From positions 1,364,001 through 1,428,000 of the forward strand of contig JBLDXI010000031.1 in assembly GCA_047495785.1 (NCBI GenBank): 64,000 nucleotides of DNA. Reading direction: 5' to 3'. The DNA comes from Lepidodermella squamata. Lineage: Eukaryota > Animalia > Gastrotricha. The translations under genes and the position numbers were made by a program. A model generated the notes under the pieces. It was not told the origin of the DNA, ran no database searches, and worked only from the letters and a program-made list of their open reading frames with translations. The number at the start of each line of letters is the position of its first letter. Within the stretch, counting starts at the first letter, position 1. Below are positions 12,468-23,723 of the stretch, in pieces.

Positions 12468-15400
12468 ATGTCGATCGAATCGTTCGAATTTCGGTGCGAT
12501 AAGCCGTTTTACTACGCTGGCGATGCGATAGTCGGCCAGCTAACGCTAACGACCACTGGGCCGATTCAAGCCGAATCGATCGATATTAATTTCGATGGAG
12601 CCGCCAATGTTGACTGGACCGAGACCGTATCACGAACTGTGACGGACAGCAATGGGAATTCACGCTCAGAAAACGAGACTGTCTCAATATCTTCGCATCA
12701 AAAAATCATTTCAATAACGAAACAAATTCGATTTGAAAATGGTTTACTCGAAAATGGGACTATTTTGAAATTTGAATTTTCAACCCCGCCCACGCTGGTC
12801 AGTTCATTCGAGGGCCCTTACGGCGTTATTCGTTACGTAATATCGGCGCAAAAACCTGGCGAGAAGAGCGTGTTGAATACAATTTTCAGCGTTCGAAATC
12901 TTATGAAATTCGAGGTGAAAATGTTCGAAAAAGTCGATTTGAACCAGCCACAATTTTTCATATCGGTCCAGGGCGAAAATCGTAAAACTGTCTGCTGTTG
13001 CTGCTGCGCCTCTGGTCCGTTGATAATCGAGGCGAAAACCGACCGAGCTGCGTATTGCTCGAACGATATCGTGACTTTACGGGTTAAATTTGAAAATGCA
13101 TCCAAGCGTGAAGTTCGGCCGTACGCGAAATTGACGCAAAATGTGTCGTACCGCGCTGGGGCTTCGTCAAATTTCAGCGTTCAGCAGTGGGAATTGGTGC
13201 CGTTTGGGCTGCGAGATACTGAAACGATGCATTTTATAGCTGATGGTGGGACCTGCGAGTGGAATGATCTGCAATTCAAGCTGCCTGAGTGCGGTCCGTC
13301 GCTGAAATGCGACATCATTACGGTTTCTTACAATATCACGGTATGTTTTAGCTTCAATTTTAAGTGAACAGAAGCGTAACGCAGTATAGTCGAGGGTTTT
13401 TCCGGCTTTATTAACCCTACTTTTCAGGGATGAACTTGAAAATGTAGGCGTTGATATGATTTAAAATGACCGGTTACAAGTGAAAAGTGGGGTTTGGCAA
13501 CATTCTTGACATCGTGAGATTTCGTTCAGATTAAATAGTAGTTTGCGATTTTTTTGTCTAACTTGAAATTTGAGGGCGTAGATATTGAGTGAACATTTGC
13601 ACAAGCATACAAAAATAAAAAAGTGAGCGTCGTCAGGGCCCCTCATGCGGCTTTCGCATTGTTGACTTTGCCAGACCAGAGTATTGCATCAACTCGTCAA
13701 AGTACCAGTACTCTTCTTGACTTGGCCCGGCTGCCTGAGCGGTGAATTTGACTATCTCGGCCGAGGTTTTGCCGTCACAATTTCCGTCTCTTTCAAAGTA
13801 CATTTCGTGAATCGTTGATTGAAGATCTCGTCAGCCAATAAACCTTGTCCCGAAAGTTAGCAGTTGGATTCAAAACAGGAGGATCGTAAAAAGAGCGTAA
13901 CACTAAAATTAAGACTACGTTATTAGAAAAGTCGGACGACATCAATTGTTTTAGCTCATAATAGCGATATCACAAGGTTGTAGAGAAATTGCGCATCTAG
14001 CTAGTTGAAATCGAGGTAACGGGTCTCAAGTGCTATAATTTGCAGCCGGCCGCCGCTCCCAGTCAATCATGTCATCATCGTCAATAGCCGTCACAATGGG
14101 TTGGTTACCCAACGCTGAAAACAATAAAATAAACTACTATTTGAAACACGTCCCGATTCGATAGTAGCGGCAGTTAATGCCGCTTTTCGCATTCTATTAT
14201 TGGGGAAGAACAATTGCGATTTGAGAAAGTTTGAGATGCCCTTCCGGTCCATGCTGTTACTGCGAAGTGATATGATATGACCCTGATAGTTTCGTTACGA
14301 ACCAACTCCATTGTGAACACCCATCAAAACACTATGGCAAGCGTCAATGGCAAGCGCGACCCATAACTTATGAGCGAAACTTATGAGCCCATAATATAGT
14401 CATCCGTGAACTCAGCTGCGTAAAGTACATGTAAAATTGCATCGGCGATTGAATTTGCATCGCCATTCGAGAGCGCGATTAAATCCAAGAAGAAGTCAAC
14501 AGGCTGGTTTTCATGAATCTGAGGTAGACAATTAGGCACGACTTGCTGCTCGCATTGGTCGATTCATCGATCAACCCACTGATCTAATCAGCACAATTAG
14601 AATATTCAGAAAAAATGAGATAAATGACAGTAAACAGTAACCTTTTTCTTGCCAGAAAAGACGTGGTCGTTTAACTCCTTTTTCATTCGTTGTGCTATAA
14701 GCATCTGAATTTCTTTGGCAGCATCGTCGCCGAAGAGATTCGTTCCCATATCAACCCCGAGAATTCTGAGAAATTCTACAATAGCTGGGTGTTTCAGGAA
14801 GGATATAATATTCTCCTTAGCGGAGAAGTATGCCGCAACAAAGATTGCCAAGGTTTCCCTCATCACGTCTGCAAAATGATAATCGTCAAGCTTTTGAAAC
14901 TGGTCTATCAACCCGTTTATAGGTAGTATTCTCGTCCCTGTCAATTAGGCTTTCGAAAGACTGAACAAAATAATTACGAACAGTTCAAGTCGAAATCATA
15001 ACGTAACTGTACCAAAATGTGAGCGGTTGAGTCAATGTGCTTCTCCAACTTCTTGCGGATTTTCCTCTTGTCATTTGGGCCTTTTATTGCAGCTTCGTCA
15101 ATGAAATGCTTGGTTTGACGAGATACCGAGTCAAATGCTGAAATTCACACATATTTCAAAAATAATTTTGAATTTTGTTTGGAAATTTAAATATTCAGAT
15201 TTCAGAATTTATTTTTAAACAAATATTCCCATTTCCCAAAACTTAAAAATGGAAGACATTTTGGAGAGAGGAAGCAAAATGTTTAGAATCGAGAAAGAAT
15301 ATTCGTTGAGAATGATGAAAACGGAAGCAAATAACGTTGAAAAATTGATTTGGTGATTTCTTTTAATTTTTGGTATTTTTATATCTTAGGTTGCACTTAG

Positions 15401-15551
15401 CATCCCAATGGCAAAAGATCTGATTGTCCAGCTGCCGATAACAATCACGACCCTGCCTTTGCAGAATAGCAGCATTGTATCGCAACCTCAGGGAACAGCT
15501 GGCGCATCTACTTCGTCTCCTCCAACTTACACTGAAACTGTGGCAAAATAA
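12468..15551 (+). CDS. Alpha-arrestin paralog 5 (duplicate of paralog 3); exons 12468-13340 and 15390-15551
   Basis: Near-identical to paralog 3, with intact frame and splice sites; ends PPTYTETVAK*. Confidence 0.9.
13620..15140 (-). mobile_element. Decayed hAT transposase (KIAA1586/ZNF862-like) inside the paralog-5 intron
   Basis: Minus-strand fragments KIRKKLEKHIDSTAH, IFVAAYFSAKE...GVDMG...IAQRMKK, ISGLIDESTNASSKSCLIVYLR and PVDFFLDLIAL...FTDDY, interrupted by stops and frameshifts. Confidence 0.75.
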
Positions 15552-15899
15552 TAGCGGATCTGCGTGTATCTTTTTGAGCTTTCTCAAAATTATGTGCTTG
15601 TTTTTTGCTTCTATAACATATTTTTGCTTCTATTTGAGCCAACTTTATTTTCAAATTTACTCCAATTTTAATCAACATTTTATTGCAATAAAAACACTGA
15701 ATTGTTAAGACGTTTTTTTCTTTACCTATGATTCATGCGTTGTATGACTCATAGAGCCCTTGTTTTAATGTTTTTTGTTGCGAGAAAAGCGTGTCGTTCC
15801 TTCTCAACTTATTTTCTCTAACGTGCGTGGTTTGTATTGTTAAACTCGGCTGCTGCTTTCAACTATCAACAAGGCTTTTCTAGATATATTAAAAAAAAC

Positions 15900-18800
15900 A
15901 TGGGCATCCAATCGATCCATTTATCCGTCGAAAAACCGATTTACTACGCCGGCGAGCAGATTCGCGGCCTCTGCACCGTCGTCGTGTCAAGCCCGTGCCA
16001 ACTCGGCGTCATCAAAATGCGACTGCAAGGCGGATCGTCCGCCTCGTGGACCGAGGAGCGCACAGTCTGGGATAAAGACAGCGACGGCCATTCACGTAGC
16101 CGGACCGAAACAATCACGCATTGCTCTTACAAAGAACTGGTCTGCATCCATCGCGATTTAGTTGTCCAGGGCGGCTACATGCCACCTGGAACGTACTCGA
16201 TGCCGTTTGTTATCGACACGCTGTACACGTTGGTCAGCTCGTTTGAGGGCGAATTCGGCTCGGTTCGGTATTTTGTCAAGGCGAAAAAGCCGCGATTCGG
16301 TGGAATCACCTGCCTTTTCGCTCATAAGGTCAAAACCTATGTTCGATTTTTACAGCCAATCGACACCAACATTCCAATGTACACGGTAAGTTACGAAAAT
16401 TCGATTTTCCAGGCTTCAAATTTCAATAATTCTTCCAGTTCCCAGTCATTGGAAACGATAACAAAACGATTTGTTGCCTTTGCTGTGCTTCCGGGCCGCT
16501 ATCTATCGATGCTAAATGCGACAGGGCTGCTTACTGCCCGGGCGATGTATCTTACGTGACGGCTCATTTCGATAACAAATCTTCGCGGCAAGTTAAGCCT
16601 TACATTAAACTGGTGCAATATCAGCGTTATTACGCGGATGGGCAGAAGAAGTTGGCGCAGAAGAACTTTGAACTTGTGCCGATCAATGGTGGGCCGTTGA
16701 TGGAGCGTATTGTTGATGCGGAGTCTGAGGCGCACTGGGCGCAGGTTGGTTTCAGGATTCCGGCGTGCTATTCGTCGCTGAAAACGGAGAACATCGACAT
16801 CAGCTACTGCATTGAGGTAAATTTTCAAGTTTTCCACTTCTGAACCAGTGATCTCATGGGAACGGGATGAGAATTCAAATTTAATAATGAAATTCAAGAA
16901 CGAGGATATGAAAAGAATCCGGATTCAGCGAACAATTTAGCGTGAAAATATTTGATTTTTCTTCAGTAACTTTAGTTTCCGCTGTTTCCGCTGTTTCCGC
17001 TTAACGCACTCACGGACTAGTCATAATCGGAAGCAATCTAGATAAAACAGGAACAATCGTTTTATTGATCGATTTGCCCTTCAAGGCTAAACGAAAACGA
17101 GGTTGAAAGATTAAAGATACAGAGTAGATAAAAGACACGGAAGCGGTAAACTTTGCGTATAATTGAATTTCGGGGTACGATTTTCAAAGGGATGGCAGAC
17201 GGAGGCGCAATGATTGATGTGCTAGGAAATAAGCTAAGTGATTATTTTTGGAAACAGTTCTTAGCGAAGGAACGTATCTTAGACGGATTGAAGTTTACAT
17301 GTTATGGGTGGCGATCAAAGGCGATTTCGGCTGAATTTGCTGAAACGTAAAGGCCGCAGTCATTAGAGTTATTTTAGCGAGAACTAGAAGTCATGAAGAC
17401 AGTTATGAAGCCATCCGAATCGACGTGGAGACGATAACACTCGGCGAGTTTTTCGCGTGCTTCAGCAGCTCGCTCACCGAAAAGGAGTCGTAGACCTCAA
17501 TGTAGCCACCCGTGTTGCTTGATTGGACGGCGCTTCGTTATCGTCGTTCGAATAATCGAATAGAAAGAATCCTTTCCTGATTTCTTCGTCAATTTCAGCG
17601 ATTTTTTGCAAAATGGCCCTTCCGTTGTGGCCTACTTACGCGTTATCATCGTCGAGGTGTTTGAACATCCAGGCTCTCCAAGCATCCATCAAACTATTAC
17701 CAGCAAGTAGATTATCTTGGGAAATAGCTAATCTCCGTCATCGCAAAAGTAGCAGTTTGTGAGCCACTTCTTCTTGTGATGTTTAGTCCACGTCAGCCCA
17801 CACATACTAAAAATTCTTTCAATGCTGCTTGCAGTCGAGACAATTGCTGAAATGTTTTGCACCAACATCAGTTTTCTTAACGTCGTATTGAAGGAAACCG
17901 CGTTCCAGAATTCGAGCATTGTTCCTGCAGGAACTCGCAAATGAGTGCTAGCTCCTGCCACGCCGTCATCATCTCTCCATGCAAGACTGGTTTGCTAACC
18001 GCCATTGAAAGCAAGGCCCAGAACAAGGTGTTCCTGATTATTGTAACTAAGGCCGAGTTTCTGTGAGAAGCGGCTGGTGAATTTTCAAAGGCTCAGTGCG
18101 TAGGGTGCTCAATTTATCGCGAATTAGTCGTCGGAAAAGAATTTCGTCATATATTCTGCAAATAAATGAAACGTAAAAGTGAAAATTATGAGGGCAATTT
18201 AAAAGGAACTGTTATCACAGCTGGGCAAATTTCATCCTATCCGTCATCTGGGGCAAATAGTCGGCACTAGGCGACGATGCCTGCCATATAGTCGAAGTAC
18301 CATGGGTGCAACGCGCAGAGACAACACCGCCCGACTTCGCCGTGAACGCGAAGTCGAGAACAGTTATAGCTTCAGCCTCTTGAGGAAAGAAAACCGAAAG
18401 AAGTATGGACTTGTCAATATGAATACGCATGAGTTGATCGGGAGACTTGATTCTTCGTCGTGCGCTCAGCTTTGGTGGAGGACGCGGCGTGATAAATCGT
18501 TCGGCTACTCGTCTGATGGTGTCAGGATTTCATGTGATCTGCTTTCGATGCAAGAGCGAAGGGGTTCTCACATTCTGAACTTGATAATCCGAAAAATGTT
18601 GAGGAAAATAGTTTTCAAGAAATCAATTTCTTTTCGGGCAAATTTATTGATTTTGATCTACAATTTGTGTTTCATTCTCTTAGGTTTGCATGGACATCCC
18701 TATGTCGTTTGATCTGAAAGTTTCCCTACCAATCGTCATGGCAACGATCCCCTACCGCGGCCCAGTTCAAGTTGTGACGCAGCAAATCTCCGCCATGCCA

Positions 18801-18983
18801 ACCGGTTGGTGCGGAGTCGGCCTGCAATCCGGCAACGGCGCAACCCCATCAGCGCCGCCAATCTCAGCTGCGTCGGACGCATTCCTCAACGAAGCGCCGC
18901 CCAGCTATTTCGAATCGGTTTTCAAGCAAGACGCGCGACTTGCCGAAGAAGCCGACCGACAGCAAATCACGTCGAAGCGCTGA
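15900..18983 (+). CDS. Alpha-arrestin paralog 6; exons 15900-16385, 16439-16816, 18684-18983
   Basis: Arrestin motifs, ICCLCCASGP, in-frame GT-AG introns of 53 bp and 1867 bp, PPSY tail. Confidence 0.9.
17700..18600 (-). mobile_element. Second hAT transposase remnant (C-terminal dimerisation domain) in the paralog-6 intron
   Basis: LEFWNAV...AIVSTASSIERIFSMCGLTWT matches the hATC pattern (WW...P-ATS-SER-FS--G). Confidence 0.65.
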
Positions 18984-19096
18984 AAAACTTACATTTCATA
19001 CTTCGACTTTGACGAACTGTTCTTTTTGACGCAAATTTATTTTGAGAAAAGAAAATAATTATTGCTGATTTTTGAAGGTTAGGCTTTTAACCATTG

Positions 19097-19492
19097 ATGT
19101 TTCCGTTAATTCGGCGATACGTAGCCCCAACAGCCGATGCTGTGTCAAATTTCCGAAAAGTAACCTACGCTCTACCGAAGAATCGCGCGGAATCAAAATC
19201 TGAGAAATTAATGAGATTAAAATGCGAGGAAGTTGATTCGTTGAACCATCGTTTCTGGACGGGGCAGAACATGCGATTTCAGAAGGAACGCGAGGCGTTT
19301 TTCAGTGATTTTCAGGCTCGTAACGCCCGACCGCCGACTAATGAAGAAATGGCGGAGTTTTATTCGGCCTTTGCGAGGCAGAACTATCAGCTGCTGACGA
19401 GCTACAACCGGCTGTGGCACAAAAACAACTGGCAACAAGTCGCTCTAGCTGCCAGGACTCTAGTCAGCAGAATTTTCGGGAATCGATTTTGA
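19097..19492 (+). CDS. COA8: Cytochrome c oxidase assembly factor 8 (APOPT1, DUF2315)
   Basis: NHRFWTGQNMRFQKEREAF, EEMAEFY and YNRLWHKNN match family motifs. Confidence 0.85.
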   Translation: MFPLIRRYVAPTADAVSNFRKVTYALPKNRAESKSEKLMRLKCEEVDSLNHRFWTGQNMRFQKEREAFFSDFQARNARPPTNEEMAEFYSAFARQNYQLLTSYNRLWHKNNWQQVALAARTLVSRIFGNRF

Positions 19493-19971
19493 ATCGATGT
19501 ATAAGACGCTTTTTTTACCACCCAGCATTGTTGCTCTACCTCGTATAATGTGAAAAATGTACCTATCCATTGTGTACACGGCGTTGAAAGAAAGGAATAA
19601 AACCTGAAAACCCATTTTTGCTTCTGTGTTCTTGATACAGCGACTCCGGATAAGCTCTAGGAACCCCAAGTTATTGTTTGCTGATTAATGGCCAAAAAGC
19701 ATTTTATTCATGTCAAATCTTTTATAAGTTCATTATGGAGTATTTATGAATTGAGTGACTGATGATTTCTGGATAGACCGGAATTTTTGCGTTGCTAAGC
19801 CTGCGTTAGTTGACAGCTTGTACTTTTTCTTGGGCTGTGGTTCAAATAGATACGACTTTTTGCTTAGAAATTTGTACTTGCATAGACGCAGAGAACGGTA
19901 CTTTAACTAGCTTTTGACAAGTGTCAAAGGAAAAGACATTGCTTTGAAGCCTTTTTCTGAAGGTTTCTTCG

Positions 19972-20023
19972 AGCACAAATTGTAGAGCGCTCGTTTAGCA
20001 TGCGAGAGGTAACGGGATCGACG
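19972..20023 (+). pseudogene. tRNA-Ala(AGC) fragment
   Basis: GTAGAGCGCTCGTTTAGCATGCGAGAGGTAACGGGATCGA; acceptor stem missing. Confidence 0.7.
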
Positions 20024-20260
20024 TTCAACCCTGAACAACTACAAAACCAGCGCAGCTTTAACGAACAAGGCAACTATTACTACTTTCGCACCTGGTGACA
20101 CGCAAATGCTCGATCGTTAGCTCTTTAACAGCTCTCAGTAAATGTAACCGTTGATAAGTTCAATCCCGAACTCTTGCATATATCGGGGAACCTCAGAAGC
20201 CTCGACGTGTCTAAAATCTAGGTTTGTTAGCCATGAGTTTTTTTAGGAAACATTTTTGTT

Positions 20261-20599
20261 TAGGGTAAGGTTACCTAAATCTGCATAAAAAATTTCCACT
20301 TTTTTAAACGCTTGTCATTCCATAACAGTTTAGTATGCAGTTTAGGTTCATAAGTGAAGCTTTTATGCAGATTTATGGCACCCTTGAGCGATTTCAAATT
20401 TTTGCCTTTTTTGACTTTCAGCAACGATGGCTCCCTAACGGTGAGGAATCGGCTCATGAGATTTTTTGAGCTCATTCATATGGGTTCTGTTTTCTGTTTA
20501 TGGTCAAAATATGAGCACGGAGAACCTCATGGTTATAGAATGACAAGCGTTTGAAAAAAGTGGAAATTTTTTTATGCAGATTCAGGTAACCTTACCCTA
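20261..20599. mobile_element. MITE with ~65-bp TIRs and TA termini
   Basis: TAGGGTAAGGTTACCTAAATCTGCATAAAAAATTTCCAC at the left and its reverse complement ending AGGTAACCTTACCCTA at the right. Confidence 0.85.
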
Positions 20600-20900
20600 C
20601 TTATCGATATCTATACCCTATTATTGTTGGAGCTGAATTGGAGGCCCATATATCTTTTTTAATTAAATATTGGATATTGTCAACATTATTTACGTCATCC
20701 TTTATTTTTGGATTGATAACGGATTGCGCGGCTGTTTTTTTTTAATTTAGAAACTTATAAATAAAAGTGTTCAAAATAGCTTTAATTCTTTAATTTCCTG
20801 AACAATTTTTAATAATTAAAAATGTGGTATTAAACCCAGAAATTCGAGCTCTCTCAGGCATCTGACAAACTTTCCTGGTGAAATCGCGCTGCTTTATAAA

Positions 20901-23105
20901 ATGAAAGTTTCTACGTATATGCTAGTCATTTTTACGCGCATCGTACCTTTACACTGTGGAATCTTGGTGCCCGAGTTCTTCAGCTCGCTACCCAGGCTTG
21001 ATAATCTTCTCTTCTACTTTCCTGCAGATTCGACGTCGCAACTCACAGCCTTTAACCATCAAGGGACCGACTTATTTAATTATGGCGAGGCCCGGCAAGC
21101 GAAAATAGTTGGTGATTCGCCTTTTGGTGGCGGATCAATGACAACGTCAAGCGGTGGTAAAGGCCTAATTTTAGGGGATTTTCCTGTGCTGACGCAGCTA
21201 ACACTCGCGTTCTACTACTACGGTCAGTGCACTGTCGACGCCGCTATTTTCAACTCGTCAAGAATAAATGTATGCTGCAAAAATAACGCTATACGAATTC
21301 GCGATGGCCTAGGTGATGAGATGACATACATTTTGTTAACACCTAATAAGTGGTTTTTGGCAATCATCACCTACGACTCGAGTAACAAGCAACTATTGTA
21401 TTATACACAGGACGTGGAAATGGAGTCACCTAAGGTAACGCAATCCTACAGCACCGATCTAAAATCTTCGGAAGGCATCGGCACAATTCAGCTTGGAACT
21501 GTTGATAGTGGAACCGCGAGCTTCAGCATGGATGAAGCGACACAGAGAATCACCTGCGTCAGCTACTACTCGGTCATATTGACTATGGAGGAAATGAAAA
21601 ATTTGTCTTACGTTTGTCGAGGAACGAAGACGACAACAACTTCAACAACCACTACAACATCAACCACAACATCAACGCAACCTGCCACCTCTACAACTCC
21701 CGCCCCAACAGCTGGCCAGATCACTACCACTACCGTTGCTCAAAGTGTCGCTATTGCTACAACCACACTACTCAGCAGCGTAAAGTCAGGCCGAGATATC
21801 TCTACGACTGGCGAGGCATCGCCTTCTACTGCGAAAAGGACGTCTAGCACAACGCCCAGTTCTCCCTCGTCTTACGGCATGGTGGCTTCCTCAACTACAA
21901 CAGCGCAACCTGTTAATGTGCCGCTGGCCGCAGATGGAGAGCCGAAATTGGGCAGCACGCAATCTGCTCAGAGCATTATTCAATCACTGGATGATTTCAA
22001 AGAGCCGCCGCCAAGCAAAGCCTTCGACACCGCGGATAATGTGATCAAAAAGTGTGATCACTTCGAAAGCAGCCGTTTCGCTCCGCCTCAAATCGACCCA
22101 GAGACGCCGAATCGAATCAACATAACCTTCTATGTTCCTGGTTTGCTCGACATCTCCAGTTTCGATGATACTATCTCAGTTAGCGGAGTCCTCTTGTTGT
22201 CGTGGCAAGTAAAAACATGCCCGAGAAAATCTGATGATCCGATAAGCTCGCGACCGAAAGAACAGATCTACGTAGCTAAGCCAGACCAAATCTGGATGCC
22301 GCAGATCAGATTTCTAAACAGCGCCCAGTCGAATATCTATATGAAGAATGTCGCTGTTGGTGATGACTTTTTAGTTACTACCGACGGCGCCGGTTCAGAA
22401 ACACAACCTAACAAAACGTTCACATTCTACTGGACGCGAGAGGGGTTCTTCAAGGCGGATTGCATGCAAATCACTACTGATTTCCCGTTTGATAAGCAGA
22501 CATGTGTCTTCGAGTTCAGCCTAACAAGGTCGCGTAGAATTTTGACCTTCTCAGATCCGGCAACATTTTTGTGGGACATCGGGGCTGTTGACAACACCGA
22601 ATGGGTCGTGAAGGATCTCTCCAGTCGATTGTCATGGACACGCTTCAACGGATTCAACGTTACAACCGCTGTGTTTGAAGTTACCCTAAAGCGGCTCCCT
22701 AGATACTATATAGGGAATCGCTTCCTGCCAACGGCAATTCTAGGCGGACTTGACCTCGCGACTTTCTTCATGGCACCTGCGATGCCTGAGCGACCGTCAT
22801 TCACGGTGACTATTCTTCTGGCTATGGCTGTTTCTCAAACTGAAGTCGTTGGCCAGTCCCCGAATACTGATAGTACTATTCTGAGTACTTACATGCAGTG
22901 GATGGCCTGGTTCTCGGCCGGTGTCACCCTGTACCAGATGTTTGCCTTGTGGCTGGCCTGCTCTTATTTTGTTGACGGAAAAAGAGCGATGAGAAAGCTG
23001 CTGCGGGGTCACGTCAGCTTGGTAAGGTTTTTCGATATCTTGGCTCTCATTGCGGCAGTAGCATTTTTCGGATACGCCAACTGGTATGTGCTCCGGAAGT
23101 ATTAA
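20901..23105 (+). CDS. Intronless Cys-loop ligand-gated ion channel subunit with N-terminal LamG/pentraxin-like domain and Thr/Ser-rich stalk
   Basis: Signal-peptide-like start; LLFYFPAD, LTLAFY, NKWFLAIITYD and YSVILTMEEM fit a LamG_3-type fold; poly-Thr linker; IWMPQI; C-x13-C loop CMQITTDFPFDKQTC; LKRLPRYY; four hydrophobic segments. Confidence 0.9.
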   Translation: MKVSTYMLVIFTRIVPLHCGILVPEFFSSLPRLDNLLFYFPADSTSQLTAFNHQGTDLFNYGEARQAKIVGDSPFGGGSMTTSSGGKGLILGDFPVLTQLTLAFYYYGQCTVDAAIFNSSRINVCCKNNAIRIRDGLGDEMTYILLTPNKWFLAIITYDSSNKQLLYYTQDVEMESPKVTQSYSTDLKSSEGIGTIQLGTVDSGTASFSMDEATQRITCVSYYSVILTMEEMKNLSYVCRGTKTTTTSTTTTTSTTTSTQPATSTTPAPTAGQITTTTVAQSVAIATTTLLSSVKSGRDISTTGEASPSTAKRTSSTTPSSPSSYGMVASSTTTAQPVNVPLAADGEPKLGSTQSAQSIIQSLDDFKEPPPSKAFDTADNVIKKCDHFESSRFAPPQIDPETPNRINITFYVPGLLDISSFDDTISVSGVLLLSWQVKTCPRKSDDPISSRPKEQIYVAKPDQIWMPQIRFLNSAQSNIYMKNVAVGDDFLVTTDGAGSETQPNKTFTFYWTREGFFKADCMQITTDFPFDKQTCVFEFSLTRSRRILTFSDPATFLWDIGAVDNTEWVVKDLSSRLSWTRFNGFNVTTAVFEVTLKRLPRYYIGNRFLPTAILGGLDLATFFMAPAMPERPSFTVTILLAMAVSQTEVVGQSPNTDSTILSTYMQWMAWFSAGVTLYQMFALWLACSYFVDGKRAMRKLLRGHVSLVRFFDILALIAAVAFFGYANWYVLRKY

Positions 23106-23439
23106 TAACCTCCACGCCTTTTTCTCATATTGGCGCTTATGGAGCTAAAAAAATTCTATTGTTGAACTATTTCTCTCAATTTTCAGATAACTCAGAGATG
23201 TAAATACATGTGATCTGCACTTAGTCATAATTTTCACTTCATAATTTTTTCTCTCAATCGTAATATCTTTGCTTTTCGTTTTCGTTTCGTTTCGATAACA
23301 TTTCGTCTTGCTGGTAGATATACACTCTTAATCAGTTATATCTATTTTCTTTCTTACCTTCATATTGCATATTGCATATTTTATAATATTTTTTCTTGAG
23401 ATGGTAGTAAAAAAGACATGCGTCAAAAAACATTTTGAC

Positions 23440-23715
23440 ATGTTGACGAGGCGGAGCCGTGTCGACATGACCGAATCGAGTGCGGAGAATCCAGATATGA
23501 ATGAATTACGAGTACTATATCTATAAATATTGCATGAGCATGGGTACTAACACTATATGTTTTGAGCGAATGCTATATTTGTATGATATAGCACGAGTAA
23601 AGAGTCTATATCTGAACGGAGCCGGCCGAGAATTACGAATCAGAACGAGTCGAAGACAAGTGACGAGTGAAGATGAGTAAATCGAGTACGGCGAGTTCAG
23701 ATATAAACGATTTAC
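23440..23715. repeat. Dispersed repeat, inverted relative to ~35120-35540
   Basis: gaacggagccggccgagaattacgaatcagaacgagtcg...gagtaaatcgagtacggcg matches the reverse complement of ~35150-35225. Confidence 0.75.
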
Positions 23716-23723
23716 GAACCAAA

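Larger units (their letters stand above)
10661..16093 (+). repeat. Segmental duplication, copy B
   Basis: See copy A (4834-9222). Confidence 0.92.

Noticed and set aside
20901-23105. Bacterial horizontal origin of the intronless channel
   Set aside because: It has a true Cys-x13-Cys loop and a mucin-like stalk, both eukaryotic traits; retroposition or intron loss is simpler.
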